Under the pieces are notes generated by a model. The model searched no databases and was not told the origin of the DNA. It worked only from the letters and a program-made list of their open reading frames with translations. A stretch of DNA of 64,000 bases from the NCBI GenBank assembly GCA_964187785.1, contig OZ076409.1:17176001-17240000 (forward strand), read 5' to 3'. This DNA is from Amphiscolops sp. MND2022 (taxonomy: Eukaryota). Shown here one piece after another: positions 34,907 to 48,599 of the stretch (position 1 is the stretch's first letter; every line of letters begins with the position of its first letter). The position numbers and the translations under genes are program-made.

Positions 34907-37101
34907 ATGAGAAGTTCAGTGGCTCGTATCAATGGAAAATCCTACTCTAAACTATCTGGTGTAATTGCAATCTACAAACCGCAAGGCATATCAACATCCT
35001 ATATGCTGCGAAATTTGAGGTCGAAGCTGCTGCTAGACCTAAACGAGAATTATTTGCATGAAATCCGAACTGTGAAACAATGTTTTCTCGTTAATTGGAC
35101 CTTGGATCGTGACAGCTTGCAAAAGAAGATTTCACAGGATTATTGGGCCATGGAAGCTTCGGATTTAGAGAAACAAGTTATGGATGTTTTGAGCGTAAAT
35201 AAATCGCCCAAGACCAATGAACTAGCGAATAATGGGCAAATTGTTGAGGACAGGAGTGATGCGAGGAACGAAAACTTTCTCCAGACATACACAAATTTGT
35301 CTCTCATGGCGTACTCGTAAGTTCAGTGTCCCTATATGCTCTCACAGAATTTGAATTTGTCATGAATCACAGATTGTGATGAATCAACAAATTTGTCAAC
35401 CAATGAACGTGATGATCTTGGATAAATTTTTTAAAAATTGAATCGTATGAAAGAAGGGGTGTTTTTTGAGAAATCAAAACAAATTTTTAACATTTTCTCC
35501 GTATATCTGTTGCGATTTTTCTGTTCTTTGATTATTTTGGAAATAGATTGGTGATCGATCAAACTACTGTGTGAAATTTTTGCTGGAGTCAAAAACATGG
35601 AAATGTGGTATTAAAAATGAAGTCTTAATACTCACAAAATTTGTCTAGAAAATGAAGTTGAGTGGAGCTGATGTTTTAGGCACCTTGAAGGAAAATCACG
35701 GATTGGTATTGAGCCTCCAAAAATTGAAGCTGTTTCAGATGACGGTAAACTTGCAGTGGTCAGTGTGCCCAGTTTCGCATCACACCCGGCTGTTTGTGGC
35801 CAGCCATACAAAAACTTGTCTGTCAAGTGTGTGAACGTGTTGGACAAGTTCACCTGTGGGGTTCAATTGTATGTCTTAGGACACCATTCACTGGGCGTGG
35901 ACAGGTTATTACGTAATTTGGTCAGAGATAATTTGTGGCAAAAGTTCGAAGTCATCGGAGAGTTCGGATTGGCCAGTGATGATTTTACCATTTATGGGAA
36001 GTTGAGGGAAAAATCAACTTATACTCATATTCGGAAAAAAGCCCTGGAGCAAGTTATTCAAGTTTTCACAAGGGGACAAAGAAAATTGCTGTTTCAACAA
36101 TTAAATGTAAGTTTTAATTATTTAAAATCCACTTCGAACCTTTTCTTCACGGGATTCATCAATCTAACCATCAATTCTTCATTTTCAGTAGAAAGTGTCG
36201 AATTGGACAAACGTTCCATTTTTATTGGTATTCTGTTTTAGGACTTCTCAAAATTTTGAAATTTGTTCATAACTTTTTGTTATTCGGGTTTTTTTGTTTT
36301 CCCCGTTATTTCAGTTGTTTTTGAAACGAAATGTTGTCTTACGAAATTTTAATGAAGACTGTACCAAAGTGGTTTAAGGGCACATGCAACCTTTTGGTGC
36401 ATGCAGGAAGTGCAGGTACCGCCTAGATTTTTCCGCTATATTGGTTTTCCTTGTATGAATCTAGGAAAAATTGTCAACAACAGGTCGTCAGAGTCACTAT
36501 GCGGAAAACTCACTGCTGAAAAGCAGCTCGCCGAAAAATTTATTGAGAGGAAAATTCGTAAGTTACAGGGAAGCAGACAAATATAGTGCTACTTATGGAC
36601 TGACTGTCTTATGGGTTTCAAGTTTCTTTATATAGTAGGCGTTTTCACTGAATTTTTATGATATCAATTACGCACCTCTTTGAAGTTATCCGAGATCTTT
36701 TTTCCTGTTCCGTCACTTCCATTCAACTTGCTTTGTTTCAGACGGACGTAGATACCCAAGACATGTACGACAGGATTGTTGGTGGAGTTGCCATGCCACA
36801 CAGGTTGTTGAAATCTTACATCCACCGGACCTCTATTGAAACTTTGAATCTACCCTTTGTGAAGCTCGAAATGCTTGCCAAGAAATGCAACGGTTTGTTC
36901 TGTCGTCGGGCCTTGCATCAAATAGGTCTGGAGCTCAGAAGCAACGCAGCGGCCCGAAAAGTAAGACTAACTGAAGTTGGGCCCGTCAATGTTGACCATT
37001 CGCTGTTGTTGGAAGAAGTAACAGTAGAAAGAGTAATTGAACAGCTTCCTCTCATTAAACGGTTATTGATTGAGCATCGAAACTCACCCGGAGAAGTTTG
37101 A
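34907..37101 (+). CDS. TRUB2: Mitochondrial pseudouridine synthase TRUB2-like. Exons 34907-35316, 35680-36106, 36742-37101
   Basis: LSGVIAIYKPQG, HPAVCG, VLDKFTCGVQL (TruB catalytic Asp position), GEFGLASDDFTIYGKLREKSTYTHI, DVDTQDMYD, LHQIGLELRSNA..VRLTEVGP. GT-AG introns with phases 2 and 0 consistent. Confidence 0.85.
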
Positions 37102-38319
37102 CCCAAATTGCGACTAACGCAACTAATGCTGTTTGGACGTCTGCAAAGATCAATTTTGCTCTGACGGCAGATCCATACGAGTCAAGTGAAGACTACGGTT
37201 TCGCAATTTCGTGCAAGGAATATGCTACATCATCTGGGCGTGTGTTGAGAATGAATTGTGTCGATCCATCATGACTTTGGAAATTTATGACAATCAAAGA
37301 CTTACTGTTTCCAAAAATAAAGGGCAATTTTGAATTATGCCTCAGTGTCCCTTTTCGCAGGGGATACCAATGCATGGGTTTGTCGATAAAATTGTGGGTA
37401 TCTTCGACTTGGGTGTAAACAATTTGTGGATTACCCATCGCAGCATCGTGAATTGAGGCAGAAATTGAATAGTAGTACTGGATCCTGACAGCAGAGGGGA
37501 CAATGTCGATGAAATTACATGAAACCCTCGAAACATTGGGACACTGGGTAACTTCATTTACAGTTTATTTGGATGAATGTTTTATCGTTTATTTTCCCTT
37601 TTTGTTCTAAAATGAGATTTGGAAGTATTGTGATATTCTGAAGTTTTATTCTGATTTTCGAATAATGATTTCTGCAGAATTGTTTTGAATGATCTTCTAG
37701 AAAAATAAGCCCGAAAATCATTTTTATAGAAATTGTTTGTGTCAAATATTTTTCCCCCTTCATTTAAGTGGGAAACTTGAATTATCATCATCTTTTCCAC
37801 CGTTGTCTCAGTGGACTGGTGTTGGCGGGCGCCCCTGAATTAACTATTGTGTTAAGTGAGAAACTTGAATACTCAACGTTTATATGCTTTCAGTGAAATT
37901 GACAAATATTGGAATACATATGCAAGGTTTGGAAAATTTGTTTACTCTCGATCAATTTGATTTTCGGATGCTTCATGTCCCATGTCAGTAAGTGATTTGA
38001 TAACGACAAAAGCTCGACTTTTAAATTGGCCTGTTTTCAGTCAGCACTTCTTGAAGAAAAAGTGCCAGACTTTTTATTAGCTAGTTTTGTTCGTGAGACA
38101 AGGACCTCACACTGAATGATGCTCCTTCTGGTTACCTGAGTACTTTAGCCTTAGCCTTTCTATCAGACTTGAAGAGATCAGAGGAACTTTCATGGGGGTG
38201 TTCCCCTTTTGAACATTTCCTCATTTTCAAAAAAAAGTTGCAACTACATTCAATGGAAGAAGCAAAGAAGTTTTCATTTCTCAAAAACATGTCTGTCCTT
38301 TGCTGCTTTTTATTTTCCG

Positions 38320-38447
38320 CCCATATTTCATATGGGAAAGGAAAATATTTAAATCAAACGGGTTTTTTTTTTTTTTTTTTTTTTACAAAATTTGCCAAGA
38401 TTTTATTTATATTTAAATTTAAGGGTGTTACCCATAGAATTCAACCC
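38320..38447. repeat. Dispersed repeat, inverted copy at ~59683-59790
   Basis: GGAAAATATTTAAATCAAACGG(T)nACAAAATTTGCCAAG..AAGGGTGTTACCCATAGAATTCAAC matches the reverse complement of 59683-59790. Confidence 0.7.
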
Positions 38448-38640
38448 ACATAAATTTAGCTTCGTGCGATATGTATTTGTAGAGATTTTTGAAGTTTTTT
38501 TAAAAAATGACGAAAATGACGAAAATGACCCCTTAATGACAAAATGACCCCGAAAATGACAAAAATTCCCAAATTTCTCATTTTTAAACATTTTTATGCA
38601 ATTTTTGCCATTTTTTGAGACACCGCGAATTAGAAAAATG

Positions 38641-38780
38641 GACAAGATGAATCGAAGCTTTCTTTTCTTCGAACTTCTCAGCGTTTTTATAGTGCATTAG
38701 TTATTCTTGAGCCTCAAATTTATGTAGTTGTAGAACAGTTCGGGGCGGAAAATATCCCGCTCCTCAGCGGGCGTCTTGTT
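38641..38780 (+). repeat. Terminus of a second CTTGTT-ended element family, inverted copy at 62129-62266
   Basis: TATTCTTGAGCCTCAA..GTAGAACAG..CTCAGCGGGCGTCTTGTT vs AACAAGACGCCCGCTGAG..CTGTTCTACAAC..TTGAGGCTCAAGAATA. Confidence 0.7.
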
Positions 38781-39361
38781 TAGTGGAGTTATCGGACATA
38801 TAAAAAGGAGAGCCTTTCGTCGGATATTTTCTCCCTAAAATGACCATCTTTGCTCTTGTGAGCTTAAAGACATCTATCGTGATTTCCCTGGCTCTAGAAT
38901 ATTTTCTGGCAGATGTTTCTCAGACACTTCCACTGAGCTTTTTTCAAATGACTTGACGCGCTTTTTCTACGCTTGAGCGATGCGATTTCTGAAGCCGTTC
39001 CCGTCTCCTTGGATATATAAAACAAAAATAGCGTTTTAATTCTGATCAAAATCTGAGACTTTTGCATCTGAATTTTTTTTTCAAATGAATGCGTAAAAAC
39101 TTATTGCGCTTTGAAAATTTTCGGTGGCGAAATCGAGTGTCTTCAACTTTTTGGTACCATAGCTAATATTTGTTGAGAGTATCCGTTGCTGTATCGATGG
39201 ACCAACACATCTAAGGATGTTTTCTCGCTGTTTACAGGTTATGCTAGCTTTTGTTCAGTTTTCATCCGATTTTCCATCTAAGGCACCATTATATTTTAGA
39301 TGAGTGAATAGTCTGTTCGTTGTCGTTGATGTAGTACCATCTGCTGAGACTTGTCCAGGAA

Positions 39362-42300
39362 ATGAGAACCGGAAGAGTGGATCAACAGCCAGATGTAATC
39401 GAGTTGTCGCCTTCTAATGCCAGATCGTCGTCATCTACACTCAACTACCGGAGGATCACAGACAACTATTTCTCTTCAGGGCAACTCGTGCGGCCCGTAA
39501 ATCTGCCTGACAAGAGCAAAAGACGCCCGACCACCAATGCTTCACATTCTAGCAGCACCACAGCATCGGTGTCTCAGATGCCAGAAGTCATTGAAATCTT
39601 GAAACCCCCAAGCAATGATGTGTTTCCCAAAAAACGTGCTAGGAGAGACGAGAGATCCAAACAACCGGAAACGTCTCGAAGCTCCTCGGCTTTAACTAAC
39701 CGCACCAATTCTCCTTCGGTTATTAATGTGCCGGCTGGTGATCGTGGATCCGGTATTGCTAGTACTGAGTCTATAATCGCTCAAGGCCACAACAGTTCCA
39801 TAGAGCTTCCATATTCAGCGGTAACTGAAGCAAAAAGTATCACTATTATCAATACCAATGGTGCCAATACTAACTTCTTTTCATCACCATCTTTGACTCT
39901 GACTGACCCCATCTTAGATTCTTTCAGTCTTTCGCAAAGTATGTTGCCTTCTACTTCTATGCCTCAAACACCGCTTTCTGCATCTACATGTGCATCGTGT
40001 TCACGAAAACCGAAAATGGTCAATTCAGAAACGCAGTGCAACCTTTATGAGGAAGTTTCGAAAGAAGCTGTAGACCATATGTCTACAAGCGTGTCGGTTG
40101 GTACCATGACTGAACGTATAGACTTGTGCAGTTCCGAGATGGCAGTACAACCAACTGAAAATGTAAGGGCAGGCCCTTCCGCACCTGTAAGTTGTGTAGA
40201 TTTTCAGCAACCAAGTACAGTGCCTAAACAATCCGAAGGAGTGAGCTTGAAGTCTACTAACGAAGCTATCCAAGAACCCAAAATAGATCCAGAAAACCAG
40301 GTGCCAGAAACCCCAACTTCTGGCGCAGCTCTCACCTGTTTTGATGATTCTGATAGCAGTGACGAAAACGATGATTTCTTTGCTGATTTGTTATTCAAAA
40401 ACATCGATAATCAAAATGGGGCGAGCGATCATTTTGCTGAAACCAATGCCGAGGAAAGGGTCGAACGCTCTGTAATTGACGATAAAGTTATTGGAAATAA
40501 CTCTAATATGGTTGCATCAATAATCAAACCACTTCCAAACAAAACAGATGATGAAGGACACGGCTCAGGTGACTATTTATACGATAATATCAGTGACGTC
40601 AGCTCATCTGAGTCATCCGAACCTGAAGAAATTGTGAACCCTTTGACTTTCAAAATAATTGAGACTAAAAGTCTGGCTCCAGGCCAGGATCAACTTGACC
40701 TTGCTGAAGCAGAAGCAAGTGGAATTCAACAAGGGTCCCTGTCTGACATAGTCCAAACATCTTCCCCAATTTTGGCACCAACTGAAGAAACTGTCAAAGT
40801 TGGTGACATAGAAAAACCACGATTACAGAACTCACCGACCCGAGGATCTGTTGAGATGCCAGCATTTTCTGGCAGTGAAACAAATGAATCTTCTCGCCGT
40901 ATTTGGACAGTTTCAAATCTAGCTGATACTGTTATATCAATCAAAAGTGTCGAATTGTCAAAGATTGCGGGCTCTTCAACAATCGATGAAAATGTCGCTT
41001 CAAAGCCTAGTACAGGTTCAGCTTGTGGGTCAGAGTGCGAAGTTATTAGCAGCACTGTAACCGAAAGTGAAGCGAGATCGGAAGTCGGGCGAACAAGTTC
41101 TAGTGTTAGCCTTTCCCCAGCTGATGAATTCATCAGTGAAAACTTTCCATCCCAGGTGCCTTTCAAATTTGGAGGCCATTTGTTTAGCCATCCAACAATA
41201 TCACCAAAGAAAGTAGAACTGGAAGATTTAGATGGGTTTGCGAAGTTGAGTTATTTGTCTGCGATGAGCAGGTCCGATCAGTCATCTAAATCAGTGACGT
41301 CATCATGTAGTGGAAAAAAGGGCAAGCGATCACATAGTACGATGGTCAAATCCACCCTTTCCTCGTCGTCAGATGAAGAGTTTTCGCGTACACGTTCTTC
41401 TTTGTTTTCGTCCCCATATAGATCTGGGAAACTCAAAACTGCTAAGCGTCGAAAAACAGTTTTGAATTGTGATGACAGTGATCATGAAATGAGGGCTATA
41501 ATGAAGATGCCTAAAATATCAAAGCAGAAAGCTTCAAGCAGTAAAACTAATGGATCGTCTCCTCGTAAAAGTACCACATCGTCAACGTCAAATGTCAGGC
41601 AGATTTCAGTGGGAAATACAGATGACTCTGATAATGTTTCAAATGAAAAACAAAGCCAATCTTTGTTTCCTAAAGTATCCAAAAATAAGAAAAACAAAGA
41701 TGCTCATAGATCGATGCTTTTAGACAGTGACTGTTTCGAGGAAGAAATCAGCCATGCGAGGACTAATTTTGACGATACAACTGACATAGACTCCTTGGAC
41801 GAAGCCAATGCTAACGAGGAGGATTTTGTTCTAGGTGAAGAAGATTTGGATCTTCCTTTGAAAGTTGTTTCTAAAAAGAAGGAAAAAGTGAATGTTCCAA
41901 AACAAGAACTTGACCCCGGCTCTGAAGTCAATGAAGGATCACAGAAAACTATAATTCTATCATCGGGGTCCGAAACGGTTGAGATTGTCCCAAAGGATAA
42001 ACCGTTCGGTATCGAACGACCCAGCTTGTTGAGGAAACTTAATGTCGGGTTAAAAGACGATTGTTCGAAACGTCAGACGACCTTGAATTTGAATCGAATC
42101 TCTAAAAAACCTAAAAAGGAGAAACTGAAGTCGGCACCTCGTGTTCGCAGAGTTCATAATTCATCGAGCTCAGAAATTGATTCTTACGAAATATCCACTG
42201 ACGAAGACAATTCCTATCAACCTTCAGCGGTAAGTACCTCCCGCGCAGCGACCTCATCAGCAGCAGTATCTTCTTACATCGCCTCATCTTCATCTACCTC

Positions 42301-45300
42301 AAAAACCGCTTCCACGCTCATGTCTGAAACAACGTCTGGAGCTTCGTCAAGTCTCAATGGCTTCAATAATTGGAGGAAAAAAGCAGGTTGCAGGAAATTT
42401 GGACTCAAAGCGTTCAAACTGAGCGACTCAGAGGGTAGTAGAGGTGACAGTGGCGATGACCAGCCTATGAAAGATGTTTGCATTGTCAAGAAGACCAAGT
42501 CTCGGTCTCTGAATGAAAGGCAAAAGCGATTGATGACTCAAAACAACTCGGATGAGGACGATGAAGTGATTCATAGCCAGGGACGGAAGTCGGCTCGTAA
42601 ACCTCGCGCTATCTTGAGTGCAAGAGAACTGAACCAACAAACTAGGAAAGCGGCGAAGGAGGAAAAAGACAGAATAGTTCGTGTGAAGTCTATAAACAGG
42701 GAAGGTTTAGATGCTTTCACGGAAACTGAGCAGGGAAAGGTTTATTCGCATGTATGGCTAGAAAAATGTCCCAAAGAAAACCAACCTCTTGTGGATGTGA
42801 ATGAAAATATTGTTGGTAAATTGAAAGAACACCAAGTACAGGGTGTTCATTTCATGTATGATTGCACAGTGGAGTCGGTAAAAAGAGCCAAGAAGTTTGA
42901 AGGTGCCGGATGCATTCTCGCACATTGTATGGGTCTTGGTAAAACATTACAAGTTGTCAGTTTCCTCGATGCAGTGCTCACTTCGCCGAATTTGAAACAG
43001 TTCAAGTCAGCTCTAATCATTGCGCCTTGCAGTACTCTGGATAACTGGAAGAAGGAATTCAAGTTTTGGCTCCTGGGACAGGCTAATTTCAATGTTCTAA
43101 ATTTGGATAAATACAAAAATGAAAAGTCGTTGCAAATGCAGGCGCTGCAATATTGGAGTCTCAACGGCGGTGTAATGATTTGTGGCTATGAAGCATTTGC
43201 TATTCTTGTTCGAAAAGCAACTGAAGACAATGACGAAGTGAAGAAGAATGAATCCTCGCCAAAAATTTCGAAACCCAAGCCCAAGTCAAAACAACCAATG
43301 AGCGAAGAGTACAAAGAAATAGTTATTTCAAGTTTGTTAGACCCGGGTCCTGATTTTGTCATTTGTGATGAAGGACATATGTTGAAAAACGACAAAACCA
43401 TGAAAGCTCAAAGCATCAACAAAATCAGAACCCTCCGGCGTATCATGCTGACAGGAACCCCTCTACAGAACAATTTGGATGAGTATTATGTGATGAGTAA
43501 TTTCGTGAAACCGCATCTCCTTGGGACAAAGAAAGAATTTAGAAATCGCTTTTCTGGTCCCATCACGCGAGGCCAACAGAAAGACGCGAATAGAACTGAA
43601 GTTAAACGTATGCAGAGACAATCTCACGTTTTGCATAAACAGCTTTCTGGTTGCGTGGATCGAAAAGATTTTTCATACATCAAAAAAATGCTGCCACCGA
43701 AATATGAGTACACGTTAGAGATTCGTTTGAGTCAATTGCAGATCGACCTGTATGCGAAGTATCTGGCGCTGTTCATCCAAGCAAGTAGCCAAGTGGGTGT
43801 AGACGTGGATGAGATGGAGCAAGTGGAGATCAAGAAGATAGCAACCACCAAAGGGAACCTGCTCAAAAACTGTCACGCATTCGCCCGTATTTTGGCGCAT
43901 CCAGTGATATTCAAATCGAAGCAGGCTGACAATGCATCTACCAGCAAAAACGACGATGATGATTTCGGGTTCGATAAGTTGGCTGCCGACATTCTCAAAG
44001 TTCCTGGTTGGTTTTAATCTATGCATACTTAATCTATACAGGTTTATAGTTAGTATTGTTCCTTGATTGTTGGAAGCAACTATCCTGGTGATGCGTTAGC
44101 GCAAAAAAAAATCATAATTTATCAATTACGGTGATTGTATATTTCCTTGATTGTCGGGTATTCGTGTCTTAGACCTCTCAGTGAGGAATTTATCGGAAAA
44201 AGGGCCTTTCAAGCCCGAACCCGCTTTCACCCAAACTTGCAACATAGGACAACTCAACATATTTTTTCGAAATACGCACAATGCTGAAACACCCAAAGGA
44301 GGAACTTTTTGAGCGTGTCTACCTTTTCAAACGTAAAAAAATTACAGCAGAGCGGAATTCGAATCCACGATGTGCTCCTCAGGCACGCACACTGTCACAT
44401 TCCGTTCCGCCATCGGCGTGAGCAAAGTCTGTTGAAATGTGGACCATTCAGATTTATTCTGTTGTCTGAAGAAAAAAATGGACACCTATGAAAGTCACTA
44501 AATTTTATTCTGAAATGCGCTGACTAAAAATACTACGAGTGTCCAACTGGACTTTCGGATTCAATTCACGTAAAAACTAGTCAAAGCTCATTTTTGTCAT
44601 TTCGAGAGAAGATGTGAGAATGACTTCATTTACTAATTCTTAGTTCTCAACTGTGATCATTTGTTCAGACAATGCGGAGGATAACACGTCAAATGCAGCC
44701 ACTGGTAGTAACGAAGACTTGGACAAGGAGTGGGTCGAATTCGCCGAGGCTCAGTTGGTGGCCCATTCAGCCGGGTCCAAGAACTTGTTCGATATTAATG
44801 CCAGTGGAAAATTCGTGTTGCTCTGCGAAATCCTGAAGATGTGTCATCAGAAAGGAGACAAACTCTTGCTTTTCAGTCAAAGAATCGACTTTCTGGATTT
44901 GATTGAGAACATGTTCAAGATGTTATCCAGAGCTCAGTCTCAAAAGTGGCAGGTTTGTTTGCGTTTTTTCATAGCCATCAGAATTGCGTTTTTGAGCTGA
45001 AATCGAATTTATTACCAATGCTAGCCCAGAAACCCAAAACGACTTCTTTGTTGGTTTATGATTTTTTGATGGACAGCGAAGATTTGGATATTTTTAGTCG
45101 ACGCTTCATGAAGTGAAACGTGACTTTTTTCAATCCGCAATGACACTTTTTTTCAATCCGCACGAACTGACCACAATAGTTCTTGAAAGTTCTACGAAAT
45201 TTTATGGTCCCAAATTGAATAATTTGACCTAGCGAACTGAACCAAAAAGGTTTTTCCTATTTTTCCGCGTAACATACAAACCTGGGACAGACTAAAGGGT

Positions 45301-48055
45301 CCCCCTTTCAGTTTTTTCCGGCATTATGAGACTTCTTGAAAACAATTTTTCCCCGAAGGGTCCCCTTCAATTTGTTGATGTTTTGCGACAGAATGGATGT
45401 TGAAAAATCCCAAAGGGTCCCTCCTTTTAGTTTTTTCGGCATTGAGACTTTTTTCAATTTTTTTCAAAGGGTCCCTTCAATTTTTTGATGATTTGCGACA
45501 GAATGGATGAAAAATCTCAAAGCGTCCCCCCTGACGCGCCAATTCGGTCCAACTTTTTTGAGTTTTTCAGGTACTGTAGAAGAGAATACTTTGGCACTTT
45601 GAAGTCCTTTTGCTATTTTTGAGCCTTAGATATGGCGCCGACTTGGGCCGATCCTGGCTTGTTTAAACGTCTTTCGAGCTTCAGTTTTTCAGCAAAAATG
45701 TTATGATTTAATTTGTTTTCCTCTTTCAGAAAGGAGTTGCCCGGGAAGATGGTTTTGTGCCCACAATCAATGGACTGGAAGCGGGGGATTGTAAATGGAT
45801 TCGAGATCAACATTATTTCAGGTTAGTGCTCCGCTGTTAATGAAATATCCTTTGGGCCTTAATAAATACACTTCCATTGCCATTCATTTTAAAGTCAGAG
45901 TTCTTCAATTTTTCTGTATTCTATCAATGGTTCATTGTTTTTTGTTCAGACTCGACGGATCAACCAGTACTAAAGAGAGAAAACGAATCTGCAAAAAGTT
46001 CAACAACCCACAGTCCAATGTGAGATTGATGTTGATATCAACTCGAGCTGGAAGTTTGGGCATCAACTTGATCGCAGCTAATCGAGTCATTCTATTCGAT
46101 GCTTCGTGGAACCCAAGCCAAGACATCCAGTCAATGTTCCGTGTTTACAGATTCGGGCAAACCAAACCCTGTTATATCTACCGTTTCATAAGCAAAGGCA
46201 CTTTCGAACAGAAAATTTATTTCCGCCAGGTTTTGAAGGAGTCTTTATCGGAGAGGGTGGTCGATAAAAACGCCAAGGAAAGAAATTTCACCAAAGATGA
46301 TGTAACTGAATTCTATCGTTTCACAGTTTCAATGGATGAAAGCCCAGTACCAACAGTGCCTGCTGACAATCTTCTGGCAGATTTGGTGCTCAAGCATCAG
46401 TATTGGATTGGCAACCATTACGAACATGACACTTTACTACAAGATGACGTTGATGACCTAAACGAAGAAGAAAAGAGAATAGCCTGGGAGGAGTACGAAA
46501 GAGAACGAGAGAGGGCTCATACACCTCCGCCCAATGTAATGAAAGATATTTTGGGTTCCGAAGTGCCTGGACCCAGCGATGCTAGTGCAAGTTCAATTGG
46601 GTTTGCCATTCCTTCATCAGATGTAAGCCATAATACACCAAGCAAGCCCTTTTTGAACCCAATAGTGACACCCACCATGCAACCAGGTACCAGCACATTT
46701 ATTCCATTAGCATCCTCAAATGTGAACACAGGAGGGGGTTTGATGGGAAGTGTGAGCAACTTGAATGACCTGAACAATCAGCAACTTCCGTCTTTGATTA
46801 ATACCAATTTACCTCTACCTCCAATGAAGTGAGTTCTTTACAGTGCTAATTGTCTAAAAACAACACTCCGTGACTTTTTCTGAGTTGTGTTTAGCCAATG
46901 TTGTTTTTAAGGGATAGTGCATTAGTGCATAATAACTTTATCAGCCAGTTCATCCACTCAGAGTTGTTAAGCAAATATTGTTATTGGAGCAAGTGTTATC
47001 CATTCAGCACTGTACTACCAATTCACCAATCGAATAATGTGACAAAAGGTTTTTCTGATTTTAGGCAAACTGGCTCACAAAAGTGTAATAAATGTGAAAC
47101 GGCTCAAGTTGGCATCCCGCTTCGGGCTAAACGAGCGCTATAGCTTTTAAATATGCTTAGAGATTGTTTTCAAGGATATTTTGAAAATCTCAGTGGTAAC
47201 GAGGAATATTTTGAGCGCAAAAAAGACTTCCAACTAAATTAACGGATGCTAACTAAATCAACCTAAAATTTAGACCTAACTAAAATCAAAAGAGGCCTTG
47301 TGAATTGAATTATTTTTCCTTAAAAAATCACTCGTAGTGCCGAAAATTTTAATACCTGTATACACTATAACCTAGCTCGTTCCCGAAAATATATACTCGA
47401 TTTGTAAATTTGTACTTCGTAAAAAAACTTTTCACGCCACTTGGCCCAGTGGATCGAGCGCCTGACTATGAAGCAGGAGAACGTGGCCTGAAACGTTTTG
47501 CGAGCCTGAAAGGACTCAAGTTTTCAGGCATTATGCGACTTTTTGTTCAAAAATGTTTTTTCGCAGGTTATTTTCCGTTACTGGAGAGCGTTTTCGAGTA
47601 TCTAGTTCTCCTTTGTGTAGCTTCTGGGACTGTGAGATTGATAAGTATCATTTCTAATAATTTTCATAATAGTTCCCTCTGCATTTTCAAAAAAAAAACA
47701 TTGCTTTTTGAGCCTTAAGAAGGGTGCCGGCTTGGTCCTTCCCCGCTTGTGAAACGTTACATCAGAAACTGCTCTGGTATAGCTCAATTCGAAATGATTT
47801 GGCGTTTGTTAGAATCGGAGTGGAAAGTGTCTCAGCCATTTTGAAAATTGTTACGGTTTATTCGCATTTGTTTTTAGAGTCGCTGCCACAAACAGTTCAA
47901 AGCAAATGCCTGTTGATTCTACATCCAATGAAAAAATTCTGGAAAGCGTGCGGAAAGAGTTAACACGTCGCAATGAGATACTTAGAAGTCGCCTCACACG
48001 CAACCTTATGATCGCTTCTAAAGCAACAAGCAAAAGAGCCTCAACTCAGTCTTAG
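39362..48055 (+). CDS. ATRX: ATRX/XNP-like SNF2 chromatin-remodelling helicase. Exons 39362-44006, 44669-44952, 45730-45821, 45950-46828, probable last exon 47878-48055
   Basis: GCILAHCMGLGKTLQVVSFL, PGPDFVICDEGHMLKN, LTGTPLQNNL, RKD..LPPKYEY, SGKFVLL..GDKLLLFSQ, W.RDQHYFRLDGST, ISTRAGSLGINL, DASWNPSQDIQSMFRVYRFGQTKP, EEEKRIAWEEYE. These motifs match ATRX rather than ARIP4. Splice phases 1,0,2,2 are consistent. The last exon is less certain (could stop at 46832 or use 50576). Confidence 0.88.
45094..45663 (+). mobile_element. Helentron/HINE-like element in ATRX intron 2
   Basis: TTAGTCGACGC 5' end; AAGGGTCCCC repeats; ends GAGCCTTAGATATGGCGCCGACTTGGGCCGATCCTGGCTTGTT. Confidence 0.75.
47435..47750 (+). 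mobile_element. Decayed HINE-like copy with tRNA-Arg(ACG)-like 5' half
   Basis: TGGCCCAGTGGATCGAGCGCCTGACTATGAAGCAGGAG resembles the tRNA-Arg D and anticodon arms; ends TTTTTGAGCCTTAAGAAGGGTGCCGGCTTGG..CTTGT. Confidence 0.5.
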
Positions 48056-48599
48056 ATTCCCAAAACTTCTCATTTGTTAAAGATACAGGTGAAATGAATC
48101 TAATAACTGGCCAGAAAAGCTGACGGTAGGCTGCTCGAAGGCCCAAAATTGAACTTTGTTCTAGTGAACTTTCCTATTTTGACGGATAGAATTATTATTT
48201 TTGTGTAAAAGTATGTAATCTGATTTGAATGTGGTTGTTACTTCGGTCACATTAGGTTTGTCCATCAATGGGTTTCGTGGACAGTGTGAATGAAGTGTAG
48301 GCAATGCCCGTTCGCTTTGTAATTACTCTTTCGTGAGTCTGTTGAAGAAATTTCCTTCTTCACCCTTAATTGGATTTTTTGTCGCCATAGCTACTGATTT
48401 TGTAACTTGGAACACTTTTGTTACTAGCATCCCCTTCGGTTGGTGGTATTGACGGTTCTGCAAGGAAACGAGCTAATCATATCGGTAGGCTAACCTGTTG
48501 AGGTGTAGGGTTGTTTAACACGACTGTATCTTTTCTTGAAACTGTCTCCTCCCTCGTCGAAAACTAATGTTGATGATAGAAAGTTACCACAAAAATCTA

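Noticed and set aside
37193..37563. ~120-codon open frame on the - strand convergent with TRUB2, containing a possible donor near 37305
   Set aside because: No recognisable motif, acceptor or partner exons; cannot be supported without expression data.
40025..44026. Antisense ORFs overlapping ATRX (similarly over RAD50, LRRC46 and the ZF genes)
   Set aside because: Shadow frames of long coding exons.
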